A stretch of DNA of 64,000 nt from positions 12,834,001 to 12,898,000 of the forward strand of contig OZ004607.1 in assembly GCA_963924565.1 (NCBI GenBank), given 5' to 3'. The notes beneath the pieces are model-generated. The model searched no databases. It was not told where the DNA came from and worked only from the letters and a program-made list of their open reading frames with translations. Origin of the DNA: Ascidiella aspersa. Lineage: Eukaryota. The position numbers were made by a program, and so were the translations under genes. Each line of letters begins with the position of its first letter. Position 1 is the first letter of the stretch. Positions 38,001 through 50,334 of the stretch are shown in pieces.

Positions 38001-38748
38001 CAGCGGGTCCGAGGCAAATGGGTCCTCACCCTGGCGACGGTTACATGGGTGATTATCACAGACCTCCATCACATCCATCCATTTGTATGTCGCCTTCGAT
38101 GCAGCCTTCCCAACAAGGCATGATGGGGCCTAATCCCGAAATGGACATGCGGAATTACATGCCGCACAATAGCGCGATGGCCGGTCCGCCGGGCAATATG
38201 CAAATGATGCCCGGCGGAATACGAAGGATTCCCGAATTCGATCTGACTCATATAATTCCAAGGGAAAAACCCTCGGAAACTTTGTCGTATTTCCCGCCGA
38301 ATGACCGGGGTGGCCAGGAAACAAGCCAGGCTGACCCTGGTGCAAGTAATCAGCCGCAACCTGGCAGGAGTCCAACTGCGATGCAACCTCCAATGCCAAG
38401 GTTGGTCTAAGTTCGATTTTTAAAGCATAATTAACAATACCCCTTTCCTACTTAAAGTATCAGACTTGGCATTGTTTAATCACATCTAAAAATATCAAAA
38501 TACTTTATTGCAGGTATCCTAATAGCAGTGGAATGAGTCATAGACCAGCGACGCCCGGCAGCGGCGCGTATCCCGGAAACCCCTCCATGCGCCCCATGGG
38601 TGTTCCGGGAAACTTCGGGCCGTCGAATCCCCCGAACTACCCCCCGGAGTCCTACATGTACCACATGTCTGGCAGGCCGCCCATGATGAACAGTGGCCCT
38701 GGTCCTGGTATGCATTCGGGCTACTCAGGCGGCCGGACGTTGATGTGA
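26009..38748 (+). CDS. BCL9: BCL9/Legless beta-catenin co-activator, ~1880 aa, 15 coding exons
   Basis: Exons 26009-26234, 26925(or 26892)-27084, 27645-28809, 29238-29422, 30624-31429(or 31420), 31642-31689, 31986-32047, 32393-32797, 33924-34038, 34174-34316, 35347-36367, 36549-36868, 37129-37263, 37778-38400, 38514-38748 join in frame. Motifs: HD1 VYIFNSEVANAAASMISQGKAPTMVSYH, HD2 LTEEQMRHRQDSLNKIKTIGNIF, HD3 EWLRLVQAYNEHKK, and C-terminal blocks MSSFPLSMPSPLYQDAIK and IPEFDLTHIIPREKPSETLSYFP. Confidence 0.92.
26477..26751. mobile_element. Decayed hAT-like MITE in a BCL9 intron
   Basis: Left end agagagcgaccgatatc, also seen as tagagagcgaccattatc at ~33271; right end accgatgtctatctcta. Confidence 0.4.
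29745..30285 (+). repeat. Old interspersed repeat, homologous to ~59915-60370
   Basis: Shared collinear blocks ttataaacaactg, ttgttgcc-aaac, gttaacctYgagtaac, atggctac and caaacttgccacttgcgtatgta. Confidence 0.7.
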
Positions 38749-40560
38749 TTCGGTCGACTGCAGAAAAATACGTCGCCCGGAGGCAAGAAATTTAGTTCCA
38801 TGTGTCTCGTTCATTTTCACAAAGTCTTTTTTTGGTGATCTGTTGACGTATTCGTTCTCTGGTCGGCGTATGCCAAACACGCCTGCATAACACTTAAGGC
38901 GTTGGTTGTCAATCATTACTCCCTGCTCGTACGATATACATCGTTGAACTACGAGGCTATTGCATTTCGATTTTTGTTGACAAAGGTAGAACTTTAAAAT
39001 TAGATATCTCTAAAAACAAACCTGATTGAAAATCACCGCGCCTTCTGTGTGTCTCAGAATGCGACCAGGAAACTTATAACCGTTTCTTAATTCTACCGCA
39101 GTAAAAATGAGTATTGCATCGCACCGTTTCCTTTTTTACAAACCCGCTGTCGGTTGTCACACGTAGCGGGCGTCGTCCGCCATTTATCGATATTCCTCCA
39201 CCGGTTGAGCGATCCGCTGTCATCCACTGTTGCTGTCGAGTCCTTCTACTCCTCCCTTATTGCGTCATGGTGCACATCCGTTTGTCGCGCTGTATTTTCG
39301 AAGAGACGCATCGCATCGCGCACACGTTCCTTTCTATCTCACAACAGCAGCATCATCCTTGTTTCCCAATCGTTGCTGTCGCCCTTTCAACTTTTTTATA
39401 CATATTATTATTATTACTATTATTATTATTACTTATTCTATTATTCTATAATAAATCGTCTTCGCCGTTTCCACTGCGCCCCCGCCCCACATTGTTACCG
39501 CGCGCATCTCGCCTGAGCAAAAAGAGTCGTGTTGTTTTTTTCCTGGTTGTTTTCTTTTTTTTTGGTGCTCGCCTTTTTCTCTCCCTGCTATAAAGCCGTC
39601 GAAGTCGTTTTTCTTGCACTAACCTATTATGTACTTACTGAACGTTCAGCGATAAAGTGTTTCTCGTCGTTTCTTTTCGACAGAAAGCGCGTCATCAGTT
39701 GCATCGCTATTTTTTCCTTAGTGTTCTCCACTTCTTTCGTTTGTACGTTTGCGCGAAAAGCGGCGATTACCGCTTTTCCGTTTTTGTATCTTCCCTTTGC
39801 GCGGAGCTTTTTCGCAAATGAGCACACGAACTGTTTTCTCGCCCGCCGTTGCTGTTGTCTTTCTGGACCTTGCGCCTTTGCGTCGGCCGCTGTCTGTCCA
39901 AAGTGTTCCGCCTCACGGTGCCACGGAGCACACCTCGAACGAAACGTTTCTCTCCTTTTTATATATTCTACGTGCCGCTGTTTTTTGCTGCGTCGTTTTT
40001 CTACAAGCGTTTATAAAATTCGGTGCAAACAACTCGACAGAGACGAAGGAAGAGTCCTTTCCGGTTGTCACCGGCCACTGACTGATAAAATACCCCCGTC
40101 ATATATATCATGTCGTTTCCATACTATTTAGCATCTATTGCAAATCATCGGCTATCCACCGTGACTGTTTAACCTCTTGCCTTCCAGCAAATGTCGTCTT
40201 TCGACCAGGTGCTTATATTTAAGTTCATTCAGCCAAACCACGTTATATTATTAAATGCAAACGCAGTCCCTTGTAACATGTCCGCCCGGTTCTTCGTTCG
40301 TTTTTGCGTTTTTTCAGAGACTATGTCTTAAAATAAATCTGCGATGCGCGTGAGCAGTATATAGAACGCTCTTTTTTGTGGAAAATAATAGTTTAGCAGA
40401 TGTTGATATCAGGTATTCTGTTCATCGTTCAACATACCTGTTTCAAAAAGATGATCCTAAGACTGGTTGTTTTTTCTCTGCAGAAATCGTGGGATAGTTA
40501 TGTCATTTCATCCTGACAGTTGTTCCCATGCATAAGAAAAGCACAATAAACGACAAATCA
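38749..40560 (+). other. Probable long 3'UTR of BCL9
   Basis: CpG- and pyrimidine-rich sequence after the stop, a (TAT)n run at ~39403-39440, and AATAAA at ~40332 and ~40546. Confidence 0.5.
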
Positions 40561-42742
40561 ATGATTGGCACTTAAACCGCGCAAAAAAACAAGTGTCGCT
40601 GTGTTACTGATAGCAGTAGTTGACACTTCGGCTGTATCTTTGCATTATTGGTCATTGTGTAGTGGCGGCCAATCGATAAAAAGGTAAGTTAAACATTAAC
40701 AAAACTAATTACCGGATGTGATTTAATTGGCGCGCATCGCTTTATTACTTTTTGTGTCGTCATAGGAAATTGTGCGCATTTAGTAAGACGCATGTCTCCC
40801 ATTTTTTTAAATAGCTGGAAAACTCTTACAAAATCATGCCAAAGAATAAAATATTTATTTATACGACTTACTAAATATTTTTTTCTTGACAAGCTTTTCC
40901 GTTTTAATCTTGGGATGTACAACCCTAAAAATACGAACTAGATTTAGAAAATTAAAAACGTTGGTGTGCAACAAATTAAGTATATAGAAACAAGTTAAGG
41001 GTCCAATCCCTTCATTTAAAATATGACGTTTCAATTCTGCTAGTACAAAAATGTTGTCGAATCACATAAAATGCAAAGCACCTTTATATGGTTTAGGTTG
41101 CCCAAACTTTTTTTAAGGCACACGGCGTCTTTGTGCTACACGGACTTTATAAAATTGGCTTATACATAGGCCTACTAGAAACGTAATCCATGTTCGCAAA
41201 ATTTAGCATTTGCGTAGTTAAAAATATAAATTTTTGCATTTACGTAGTTAAAATCGGCTAAAAAACAGTTTGGAGGGTATGGCCATGATTTCCCTGGGAT
41301 CCGCCATTGGCTATGACTAGTCTGGTATAATGTGTCTAAGCTATAATTTAGATGATATAGGACAGGTTTAGGAATATCAAAAGTTTTTTTTAGTGTATGT
41401 TTCATCATATGAAAACTTTAAATACATTTTAAACATTCACAGTCACACAATGTGACCTAATGCTATTTGAATCAATCAGCATTGTGTTTTTGGACAGATT
41501 TGCACGATTTGAAACGGGTGAACGGAAAGCAAAGCACGGTTAGGCTACTTAGTTTTGGTTCATTTTGCAACAAATTTGCATATAAGAAATTTATTTCGTG
41601 CTCACAACCTCAATGAGTCTTTCTGGGTACAGATAATCTTGGTAGTTCGACTAACTTCAAACTGCCCCTCCAGCCCACTAACTGTGTAAATTGTTTTTCA
41701 TAATAAGTGTAGGGTACTGAATTTATGGAATGAGATATTGGTTTATAAAAGGTTTATAAAACTTTGTCGAAGTCGAATTGCTTGAAAAACATTTTTTTGC
41801 AATCTTTACTGACAAAAAGCGTATTCTGCACTGTGGCACTCTATCCAACTAAAGTCTAACAAACTTAACCTTTTATATATTTTTTGCGCATCGGTCGAGT
41901 GTATTCCGTCTTTGCAATATGGCTAATGTACCGCAAGTAACACATCGGTAGCTTAAAGCCTCAAAAGCCAAAAATGAGGTCATATTGCGTTCATTTGAGA
42001 TCCTATTTAGACACGGCCCGCCACAAAATTCAAGTTTCTCATGCGGCCCGCGGTTGCCCACCCCTGGTTTAAAGAGTCATTCCAGTCCACCAGTCCCATG
42101 TGTTCAAATCGACAGTTCTAATCGAATCCATATATAAAGGCACGTCATAACTAAAATGTTCATGCGTTCCAAAAAGAAAAACATTCGAATTTCTCTCTTG
42201 GTTAGAGGTCAATAATGTCACTGACGAATTAACAGAGGCTACATTTCTAATGCCAATCACCAGGCGCGGATCTAGGATTTCTGTTTTGGGGGCATGAATT
42301 AAGTTACGTCATAACGTGAAGAAACAAAGTTACGTCAAAATGTGACGTCACAAAGTTATATCTAAGTGTGACGTCATAAAAAGTAACCTGCAGAGCATCA
42401 TACATTTCGTTAATTTTGTTAGTTTAAGGTTGGAGGGACGTTACTTTTAATACAAAAGCTGTCTTGATTTTGGTTCAAAAGCTTGAGCCTATATTAGAGA
42501 TGTCTGATACTTGACATTTTATTTCGATACCTATACCGAGTATTTGGGACAAAAAGTATCGCGTTCCTGTACGATCCTCAACGGCGTTATTATAAAATAA
42601 GCGCAATATATTAAATTAAAACGTTTGAAAAAATGATCCGGTTATTAAGTCACAATTTCCATTAGTCCTAAGAAATTTAGATAGCCTGCGGTTGTTAACC
42701 TACTACTGTATATTTGAAAAAATATCTTTCAATGAAAAATCG

Positions 42743-43318
42743 CAGGGAGTCGAACCGTTTGACTTTTCTGGTTCAGGTTCGGTTCGGGTTCAAGGATTTT
42801 TTCGGAATCCGGTTCAGTTCCGGTTTCGGTTCGGAGTAATTTAAAAGTTCCGGTTCAGCTCCGGTTCTAACATCGTTATTTCGAAACCGGTTCATAAAGT
42901 TCCGGTTCAGATACAATATAATTTGCGTTAAATCTCAAAATGTGGGTCGATAAATGTAGGGAACAATCTTTGAATTGTAAGTCATTTAATAAGTTCCGTG
43001 ACTTATTAAAAAAACAGAAGCTCAATATTGAAATATCTAAAAAATAAAAAATGAACGATTTTTTTATTCAATATTCATATTTTTTTCATAAAATTTCGAA
43101 CATGGCGTAACTTGACTTTGTAAAAGTTGTGACGTCATGCTGGAGCGTACCGCTTTTGTTTACAGGTTCGGGTTCGGTTAAGGTTCAGATACTTTCAAAT
43201 TATTCGGTTCAGTTCCGGTTCGGCTCCTTAAAATCTTATAAAAACCGGTTCAGGTTCGGTAATGGTTCGGAAAGAATTGACCCAAAACCGGTTCATAAAG
43301 TTCCGGTTCGACACCCTG
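42743..43318. mobile_element. hAT MITE with many GGTTC subterminal repeats, 576 bp
   Basis: TIRs cagggagtcgaaccg / cggttcgacaccctg; perfect TSD aaaaatcg; the block aaaccggttcataaagttccggttc occurs twice. Confidence 0.92.
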
Positions 43319-45047
43319 AAAAATCGTTGTGATTAATCGCAAATCACATCTTGATCCGTGTATTAATTTGGTGTAGGATCGGCAACAAAACGCCAATAAA
43401 GCAATCATGTGTCCTTAACAAAGTAACCTACTGCTGTGAGGGCCGTCCCGGGTAAGGATTATAGCATGTTAACAGAAAGAAATACAGAGCACAATTCTTT
43501 GTTTCTATACTGATACTAGGATTCCCTGGGCAATATTTTTTGTGTCAGTCAAAACATAATCCTAAAATGGCATTTACGTTGGTTCCTATTTCAAGTAGGT
43601 TGGTTTGGCTTGGTCGATGAAAAATATTACAATCGCTGTTCAGCAGCAGCTGTCGGTCGGATTAAACACACGCAACAGTGACACGTTTAGATACCCTTAT
43701 TTGGCAATGTGTGATTTAACTGTAGAACGGAGTTAAGACATAACTACTGAAATACGTAGATCGAGCCTCTTAATGTTGGTTTATATATCTTATGGGAGGT
43801 AACTTTCATTCGTTACAACATTGCTTATCCAATCAGTACTTAATCACCTGAGAATTATCACCTAAACAAAAATAGACACACTTGTCGCTTACGTTAGTTG
43901 AGTTAGAATCAAATTAGGTTATGACGCTATGTTGCCTGAGGCCACCTCTTTTAATTGACCTTTCAGTCAAATGTGACTACCATTACCTGTTCTGATATGA
44001 GGATCGTCGATTTACCTATACTTAATGTTTCAAGGCCAAACTCGATAACGTATCCCTTATGTGGCAATCTGGTTTATGCGGTCCTGGGTCAACGGTCTAA
44101 CATGCCAGTTAGTAAATGCGACTCGTTGTATAATTGCGACACAAACCTACACACGCCTCTAAAGGCAAACACTCAACTCTTGCTTCGTAAGGTGGCACAG
44201 TTAACTCTTTCGCCATTTGCAAACAGAAAGTGCATGTATATCCCATCGTGTTCTGGTAAATCAAAGTGCAATAAACGTGTGAGCGGTCGATTGCAATAGG
44301 ACGGTTAGGCAAACGCAGTAGACTGCCACGCTATACACACGGTTCTGTGAAACGTGAACAACAAAACTAAACTTGACGGTAATATACGCAGGGTAATATG
44401 GAAACTATAGTATCACGATAAAAGCCACGGGCATCACACAACAAGTGCGACTGCCCAGGCAGTGCATTGATAGGCCACAGTTACAATGGAATTACTGGTA
44501 AACTCAAAACAAGGTACAACACGCGCATTTTACACAGTAGAAACTGAAAAAAGGTCAAACACATTCAAATTGCATTTCTACGCACGGGCACAAAACATTT
44601 GCATTCTGTATTGCGATTAGTTAACGATTAAAGCAAGTCTCACGTTCTGAATGTCTTATTGCCCTTTGTTTTTTTGCTTTTGTTAAATTTACAGTACAGT
44701 AATGTGTTTTGGTTGATCGGAAAATCGGAATGTTTGAACTTACGATGTGGTAGTCTGCTGTAGTAAACAAATCGTTCTTTGTACAACGCAAAAGAAGCAC
44801 CAACGACTTTTAAAATGCTGAACATTTACATGATGCCGCACAATATAAAAAAACGCTTTATGTAATTTTGAATTGGCCGAGGAATGATGCTGGCTTGAAC
44901 GCGCGCTGGTCGTTTGATCAGGACGCGGATTGAAGGGCAAAACAACAAGTAAGCGGAGTTTTCTCCTCTCCAGGTAAAGCAAACAGATTTCTAGGCTATT
45001 TTTCGACGCTACACCAGCAGCCAAACAACAAACGAGGTCTGTCACAA

Positions 45048-47309
45048 TCACTTAGGCTCCACGCCTCGAGCAAACAAGCGAACCAAGCCCCGGTGAACGA
45101 AAAGTGAAATGTTGGGATCGCTGACCAGCTCGCCGTCCGTATTCCAGCAGCCTGCAGAATCACCGGCGTCGCTGGGCTGCGACTGGTCGGCAGACTTGGG
45201 CGAACTGCAGTCGCCACTGGCGACGGTTGTGGGTGGATCTGGCAACGCAACGCACCGGAAGGCCTTGACCCGGTGGGCTTCGACGAAGGGGAACTGGAAG
45301 CGGTCGGCCTTACCTACGTGCGCTAGCATGTAGCGGATGAAGTCGGCCCTGGGGCAATCGCGCACCATGATTAGGTCTATGTTGCCGTCGGCCAGATGCG
45401 CGCTCGGCGAAAGTCCGCGCGGGCACTTGGCGCACGAGCACGACATGAGCGCCGAGTTGAGCATGATGAACTTGCCCCTTGCGACCTGCGTCAAACAAAA
45501 GACGATGTTTGTTATTTGCAAGTTGCGCGCGCAGTGCTGATCAGAGTGCAAAACAAAGGATGTGGCGTGCTATACCCTGGTTTGATACTATTTACTGACT
45601 CAGCAGCCCTTATTATTCATAACAGCACTAAGGCTCATTAAGACATTTTCTACTGCTGGCATGTCTATAAATAGCAGAATGGAAGTGAACTATTGATCCA
45701 AACAAGCCTCCAAAAGGACAGCAAATTTTGTATTAGCAAACCATTTTTTAATCCTGTTATGATTCATGTTAAGCAAACATTTTCGAAACACAACATTTTT
45801 CGTTATTTTAAGCCATGTTTGTAGCCTACCAATATGACTATCAGTTATGCAAAAAAATAGTGATGATTTTTTACCTATTTCTAAATTTAGTTTAAATTAA
45901 TTTATTTCTACCTTCCAGCCTTTGGAGGTTTCCGAAAACTGGGTACTTGTTGTTGGCATGCTTAGTTGGTCACATGTTAATCCCTCTGAGCCCAATTGAT
46001 CACCATTAGAGTTGGTACTGGATACAAATCCTTCACTGCACATGTTGTTAGAGTTGACCTCAATAGTGAAGGCTGATTCTGAATGGAAATCTGGCTGTGA
46101 CCTACTTTCAACAGAAGACAAATCATTTGCTCTATTTAAAGAACACTCATCATCTTTCTGGTTACAGGTCTTGCAGGGAAATCGACAACATGCACGATCT
46201 GCAGTAGACACATCCATAAAGTTGTGTTCATAAGTGGGCAGATAGTTCACTTCCATGTTGTATGACTGCAAGTTCATGAAGGCATGGATTCCTGCCACGT
46301 CATACCTACTTGGACCAAGTTGTCGCATTCGTTCACTGACCTTTAAAACGTTGCCATAGAACCCAAAGGAAGTCATTGAACATGAAAATCTCTGAAACAT
46401 GCCCTGGCTGTCGTAGATGGAACAGAGATCCAAAGGGTTGTCATCACCTAAAACTATGTGCAGTGCAGCAGTTTCGGCATCATCAATTCCTTGGGTCACA
46501 TAGCTCAAACAATTTGTAGAACCAGCTGGTATGACCCCAATCTTTATATTAGGTTTTACAAAGGTGGGCAACTCTGCAAGATCTACAGCTTTGTCCATTT
46601 GGATTCCTTCCTGCTTTTGGGCTTGAATAACTACACCATTAAATATTTCATTAATCATGCCATCACCCCCAACTGCTATTATACCATCATATTGTGAAAT
46701 GTCTTCATTCTCAATGTACTCTTTAGCATGGTTTTGGAATTTTGTGATTATAACATGTTGCTTAACATTTGCAATGTCGAAAATTGGAGTAACAGTTTCC
46801 TTGTGTACTTGCTTTGCTTTGTGCCTTCCACCAAATGGATTGACAAAAACAAGTAAACATTTTGGTCGTTGACATTTTTGCTTTTTAAGGTACAATTCTA
46901 ATGTTTGATTGAGATATTCTGACCACTTGCGGCAATCAAAAAAACTTATGGAACGTAGTTTTAAATACTGTAGCTTCCACAAATGACCTTTTGTTTTCAG
47001 CCCAAAATTAATTTTGAGAAGATGACATTTGGCAGTTACAGAATGCAGCAAACTTGTAAGGTTTGCTGAACTGAGTGATTCTGTTTTGCTGGCTACCCGC
47101 CACTCAGAAGTATACACCGTTGATGAAATGACATTTTTAAGATGAAAAGTTTGATTGAATGATACAATTGGCCTTGGGTTGAGTGGGTTTAGCTTCTTGA
47201 GGCAGGTAATATAAAAATGGTCATCTTTTACAGACAATGTGAAGACACCTTTGCTTCCTAGGAATTCTATTGAACCATCAGGTTGGGGTAAAGTAAAAAC
47301 TTCATTCAT
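45048..47309 (-). CDS. CERK: Ceramide kinase, ~611 aa, two coding exons (47309-45912, 45485-45048)
   Basis: PH-like N-terminus; RPKCLLVFVNPFGG, AVGGDG, IPAGSTN, GFYGNVL...RYD, CRFPCKTC, CSCAKCPRGLSPSAHLADG, WNTDGEL and VRLFARGVE. Intron AAG|gtagaa...gcag|GTC, phase 0. Confidence 0.93.
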
Positions 47310-47594
47310 CTAAAAAGCAAAGATTGTAAAGAATATTTTACCAAAAAATCACCAATGGAAACATTACCTTTTTCTCTAAATTTAACAATATAATGAATGA
47401 CAAAAACCTTTACACACAATTCATGATCTAGGTAAACCAAAAATTTAGGACCATAATAAAAACAAAAGTTGTGTAAAACAACACAATAAACATTTGTTAC
47501 ATTTTAAGGGTCCATAACACAAAAATCTCATCTTAAAAAAAATCTTTTTTAAAATGTAAGAGCATTTTTGTTTTGTAGTAACATTTGGTAGGAT

Positions 47595-48077
47595 TGTAGA
47601 AATCGAACAGAAAATGGGTGAGATATTACCAAAAACATAAAATACATATCGCCACCTAGTGACAAATCATGCCAATTTAAAGTGCGATATGTCAGAAAGT
47701 ACTTGAACAATTTTTATAAAATGTGAAACTTATGGTTATTTTGTCATTTATTTAAGATGTGATTTTTTTGTTATAAACCTTAAAAGATATAATTTTGTTT
47801 ACTACATTCTAAATACAAATTTATTGGGTAATTCTGTAAATTACAAGTATAAATAGTTTAGCTTTACCTTAAGCTTCAAAAATGGCCTAAAACTGTAGAA
47901 ATCGAATAGGAAATGGGTGAGATATTACCAAAAACACAAAATACATATCGCCACCTAGTGTCAAAAAAACAATTTCAAAGTGCAATATCTCAGAAAGTAC
48001 TTGAACATTTTTCATAAAATGTGCAACTTATGGAACATTTTTCATAAAATGTGCAACTTATGGTTATTTTGTCATTT
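47595..48077. repeat. Two direct copies (~155 bp, ~299-bp spacing) containing tcgccacctagtg
   Basis: tgtagaaatcgaa...gttattttgtcattt at ~47595-47750 and ~47894-48077; the second copy has an internal 30-bp duplication. Confidence 0.85.
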
Positions 48078-48422
48078 CTAAGCTGCTACGTAAATATCTA
48101 AGTAAATCTCAGCTTTATGGCAAATATCCAAGTAAATCTCGGCCTTATGGCGCGAAAAACTTGAGTTTACATTTACATGCTGTATCATACCATGGTACAA
48201 CATCTTTGTGCTGATATATTTCCTTAAAATGGTCCGCAAAAACAAACATCTTGCTTAACAATGCTGGGAATATAAGATTAGGCCTAATTCAAATACTGCG
48301 CGTTCTACTAGACCTTTTGATGTTAGTAGAAACAATTGTTTTAAATAAAGGCTACTGAAAGTGAGATTGAGTGGTGGGCCGCACATAAACATCAGGCGGG
48401 TCGCGTGTTCGACATCCCTGCT

Positions 48423-49583
48423 TAGGGTTGCAAAATTACCGGGAATTTTCAGAGCGGAAACTTTCCATGGAAATTTTGGGAATTAACAGAGATTTTGGGA
48501 AATTTTCGGAAACTTTTAAAACAATCTTAGTTTAATATTGAAACAGGAAAATAATGGCCTTATACTGTGAAAACAACACTGACCAGTTTGGGCCAAAATA
48601 TCCCCAGCTTACGGTAGCTAAATCTTTAACATTTGTTGTTTTGTGAGTTACAAAGTCGTTGTACTAGTTCAGGAGTCGGCAACCTACGGCCCGTCAAAGT
48701 AATTCATCCGGCCCGCCGCCTATTTGACAAAATAGACACGAGTCTATTTCACATACTTTTTGACTATTTTAACTACGTAAGTTCGAAAAATTTTCCAAAT
48801 GATCTTCATACATCCGGTTGGTTTACATTTTGTAATGTCATTTCAATAGATTAAAGCTTCTTTATCGTTGCGGCGTGGAAAGCTGACAAGTGCGTCACGA
48901 ACAAACGGAAAACGTATTTACATTTTTTTGTCTTTTTTTAAACATTTTATTATTTTCGGCAGCGTAATAAAAACTGGAAAGAAATACCGGTATACCAAAA
49001 AAAACGTGCTCACTTGGCTCGCCAGGCCCAGACTTTTAAAAACTTAGCAAATATTGAATTAGACTAACCAATAAAGTTATCGCGTTTCTTCAAAGTAGTT
49101 TCATTACACTTTTCATTAGTAGTATGGATGACGACGTGTGGACTCTAATTTTAACCAAACAAACGCTTTTTTCTTTTAGCGCTTTGCGCCAACACTTTAC
49201 TGCCTCCTTAAATGTAATTAAACATGTCTTTAAGTGCAAAAACACGATACCCGCCTGATTTACAGTTGTTCTAACATTTTAATAACACATTTCTTAGTTA
49301 ACTTATTGTGCGGTCCGCAGAGATCTTTCTAGTTTGGTTTAGGCCCGCGACTAGAAAAAGGTTGCCGACCCCTGTACTAGTTGCTGCCGGATAGCATCTC
49401 CTTCTGCTCGTCTAGAAATGCTCAAGATAGGTTTTTAATAATTAATAAAATATTTAACAAATGTTTTAAACATAATAACTGCCAAATTTAAAAATTTCCA
49501 ATATTCCCATTATTCCCGGGTCCTTCTAAATTCCCGGAAAGTTTCCAAAATTCCCGGAAACTTTCCACCCCTTTACAACCCTA
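48423..49583. mobile_element. hAT MITE (TAGGGTTG termini, CCCGGGAA-type subterminal repeats)
   Basis: tagggttgcaaa / tttacaacccta; perfect TSD tccctgct. Confidence 0.9.
48670..49374. mobile_element. hAT (Charlie-like) MITE nested in 48423-49583, 705 bp
   Basis: caggagtcggcaacct / aggttgccgacccctg; perfect TSD tactagtt. Confidence 0.93.
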
Positions 49584-50334
49584 TCCCTGCTCTAGAGCAA
49601 TATACAGTTTACACAACCTTGTCAAATTAACCACCCAGGCCTAATTTATCACATTAGATTGAGCTCGAATTTCGTTTTTGCATTTTTGTTTATCTCTGAT
49701 TTGAACAAATGTATTGAACAGCATTTGCTGTCTTTTTTCGTTTGTGATTTGCAATTATCACATTTCCTATTTCGATAACTAAGTCTTTGTTAATTTTCTG
49801 AACTTGCTTTTACGTTGCATTTCAACTGCTTACACAACATTTTTTCTAAAAAAAAGCGTCTTGTTTATTTGTCTTTTTCAAATAACAAAAATACCAACTC
49901 AGCATTTTCATGAGTTTTGTATAAACCCCCAAAAATAACTGATTTATGTTTGACCTACATAAAAACGTGTGGTTGATGACGCTAAGACATTAATGCAGTA
50001 TATATTTCAAACAACAATATGCTTTTTAAATCAATGTATTTCTAATGGGTCAAAACATAATTGCCCCTTTTATAACATATAAATATCTTGACAAAAAATT
50101 TGCATTTAATTGTTGTTTTGAAATCAAAACGTATGCAACGGTCTTCTAGTTTAGTTTGTCATAAATTAGTATATAGGTTAAAAAATATATTCTAGTTTTT
50201 ACAATTAGTGGATACCATACAAACATCACTCAAATAGATTCTGGGTAAACTATCGCAAAAAATATAACATATTTCTTAGATATCATGCTATTTAACCACC
50301 AGTCTCATATAAAGTCCACTAGTTTTTAAACCAA

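Noticed and set aside
28377-38715. Antisense and alternate-frame ORFs over BCL9 exons
   Set aside because: By-products of low-complexity, GC-rich coding sequence.
39114-40131. ORFs of 110-200 aa after the BCL9 stop
   Set aside because: T/C-rich UTR sequence low in stop codons; poly-L/Y/I tracts come from a TAT microsatellite; no family resemblance.
42770-43310. Regular GGTTC repeats resembling a CRISPR or iteron array
   Set aside because: Short irregular subterminal repeats within a TIR/TSD-bounded hAT MITE in eukaryotic DNA; no repeat-spacer structure.
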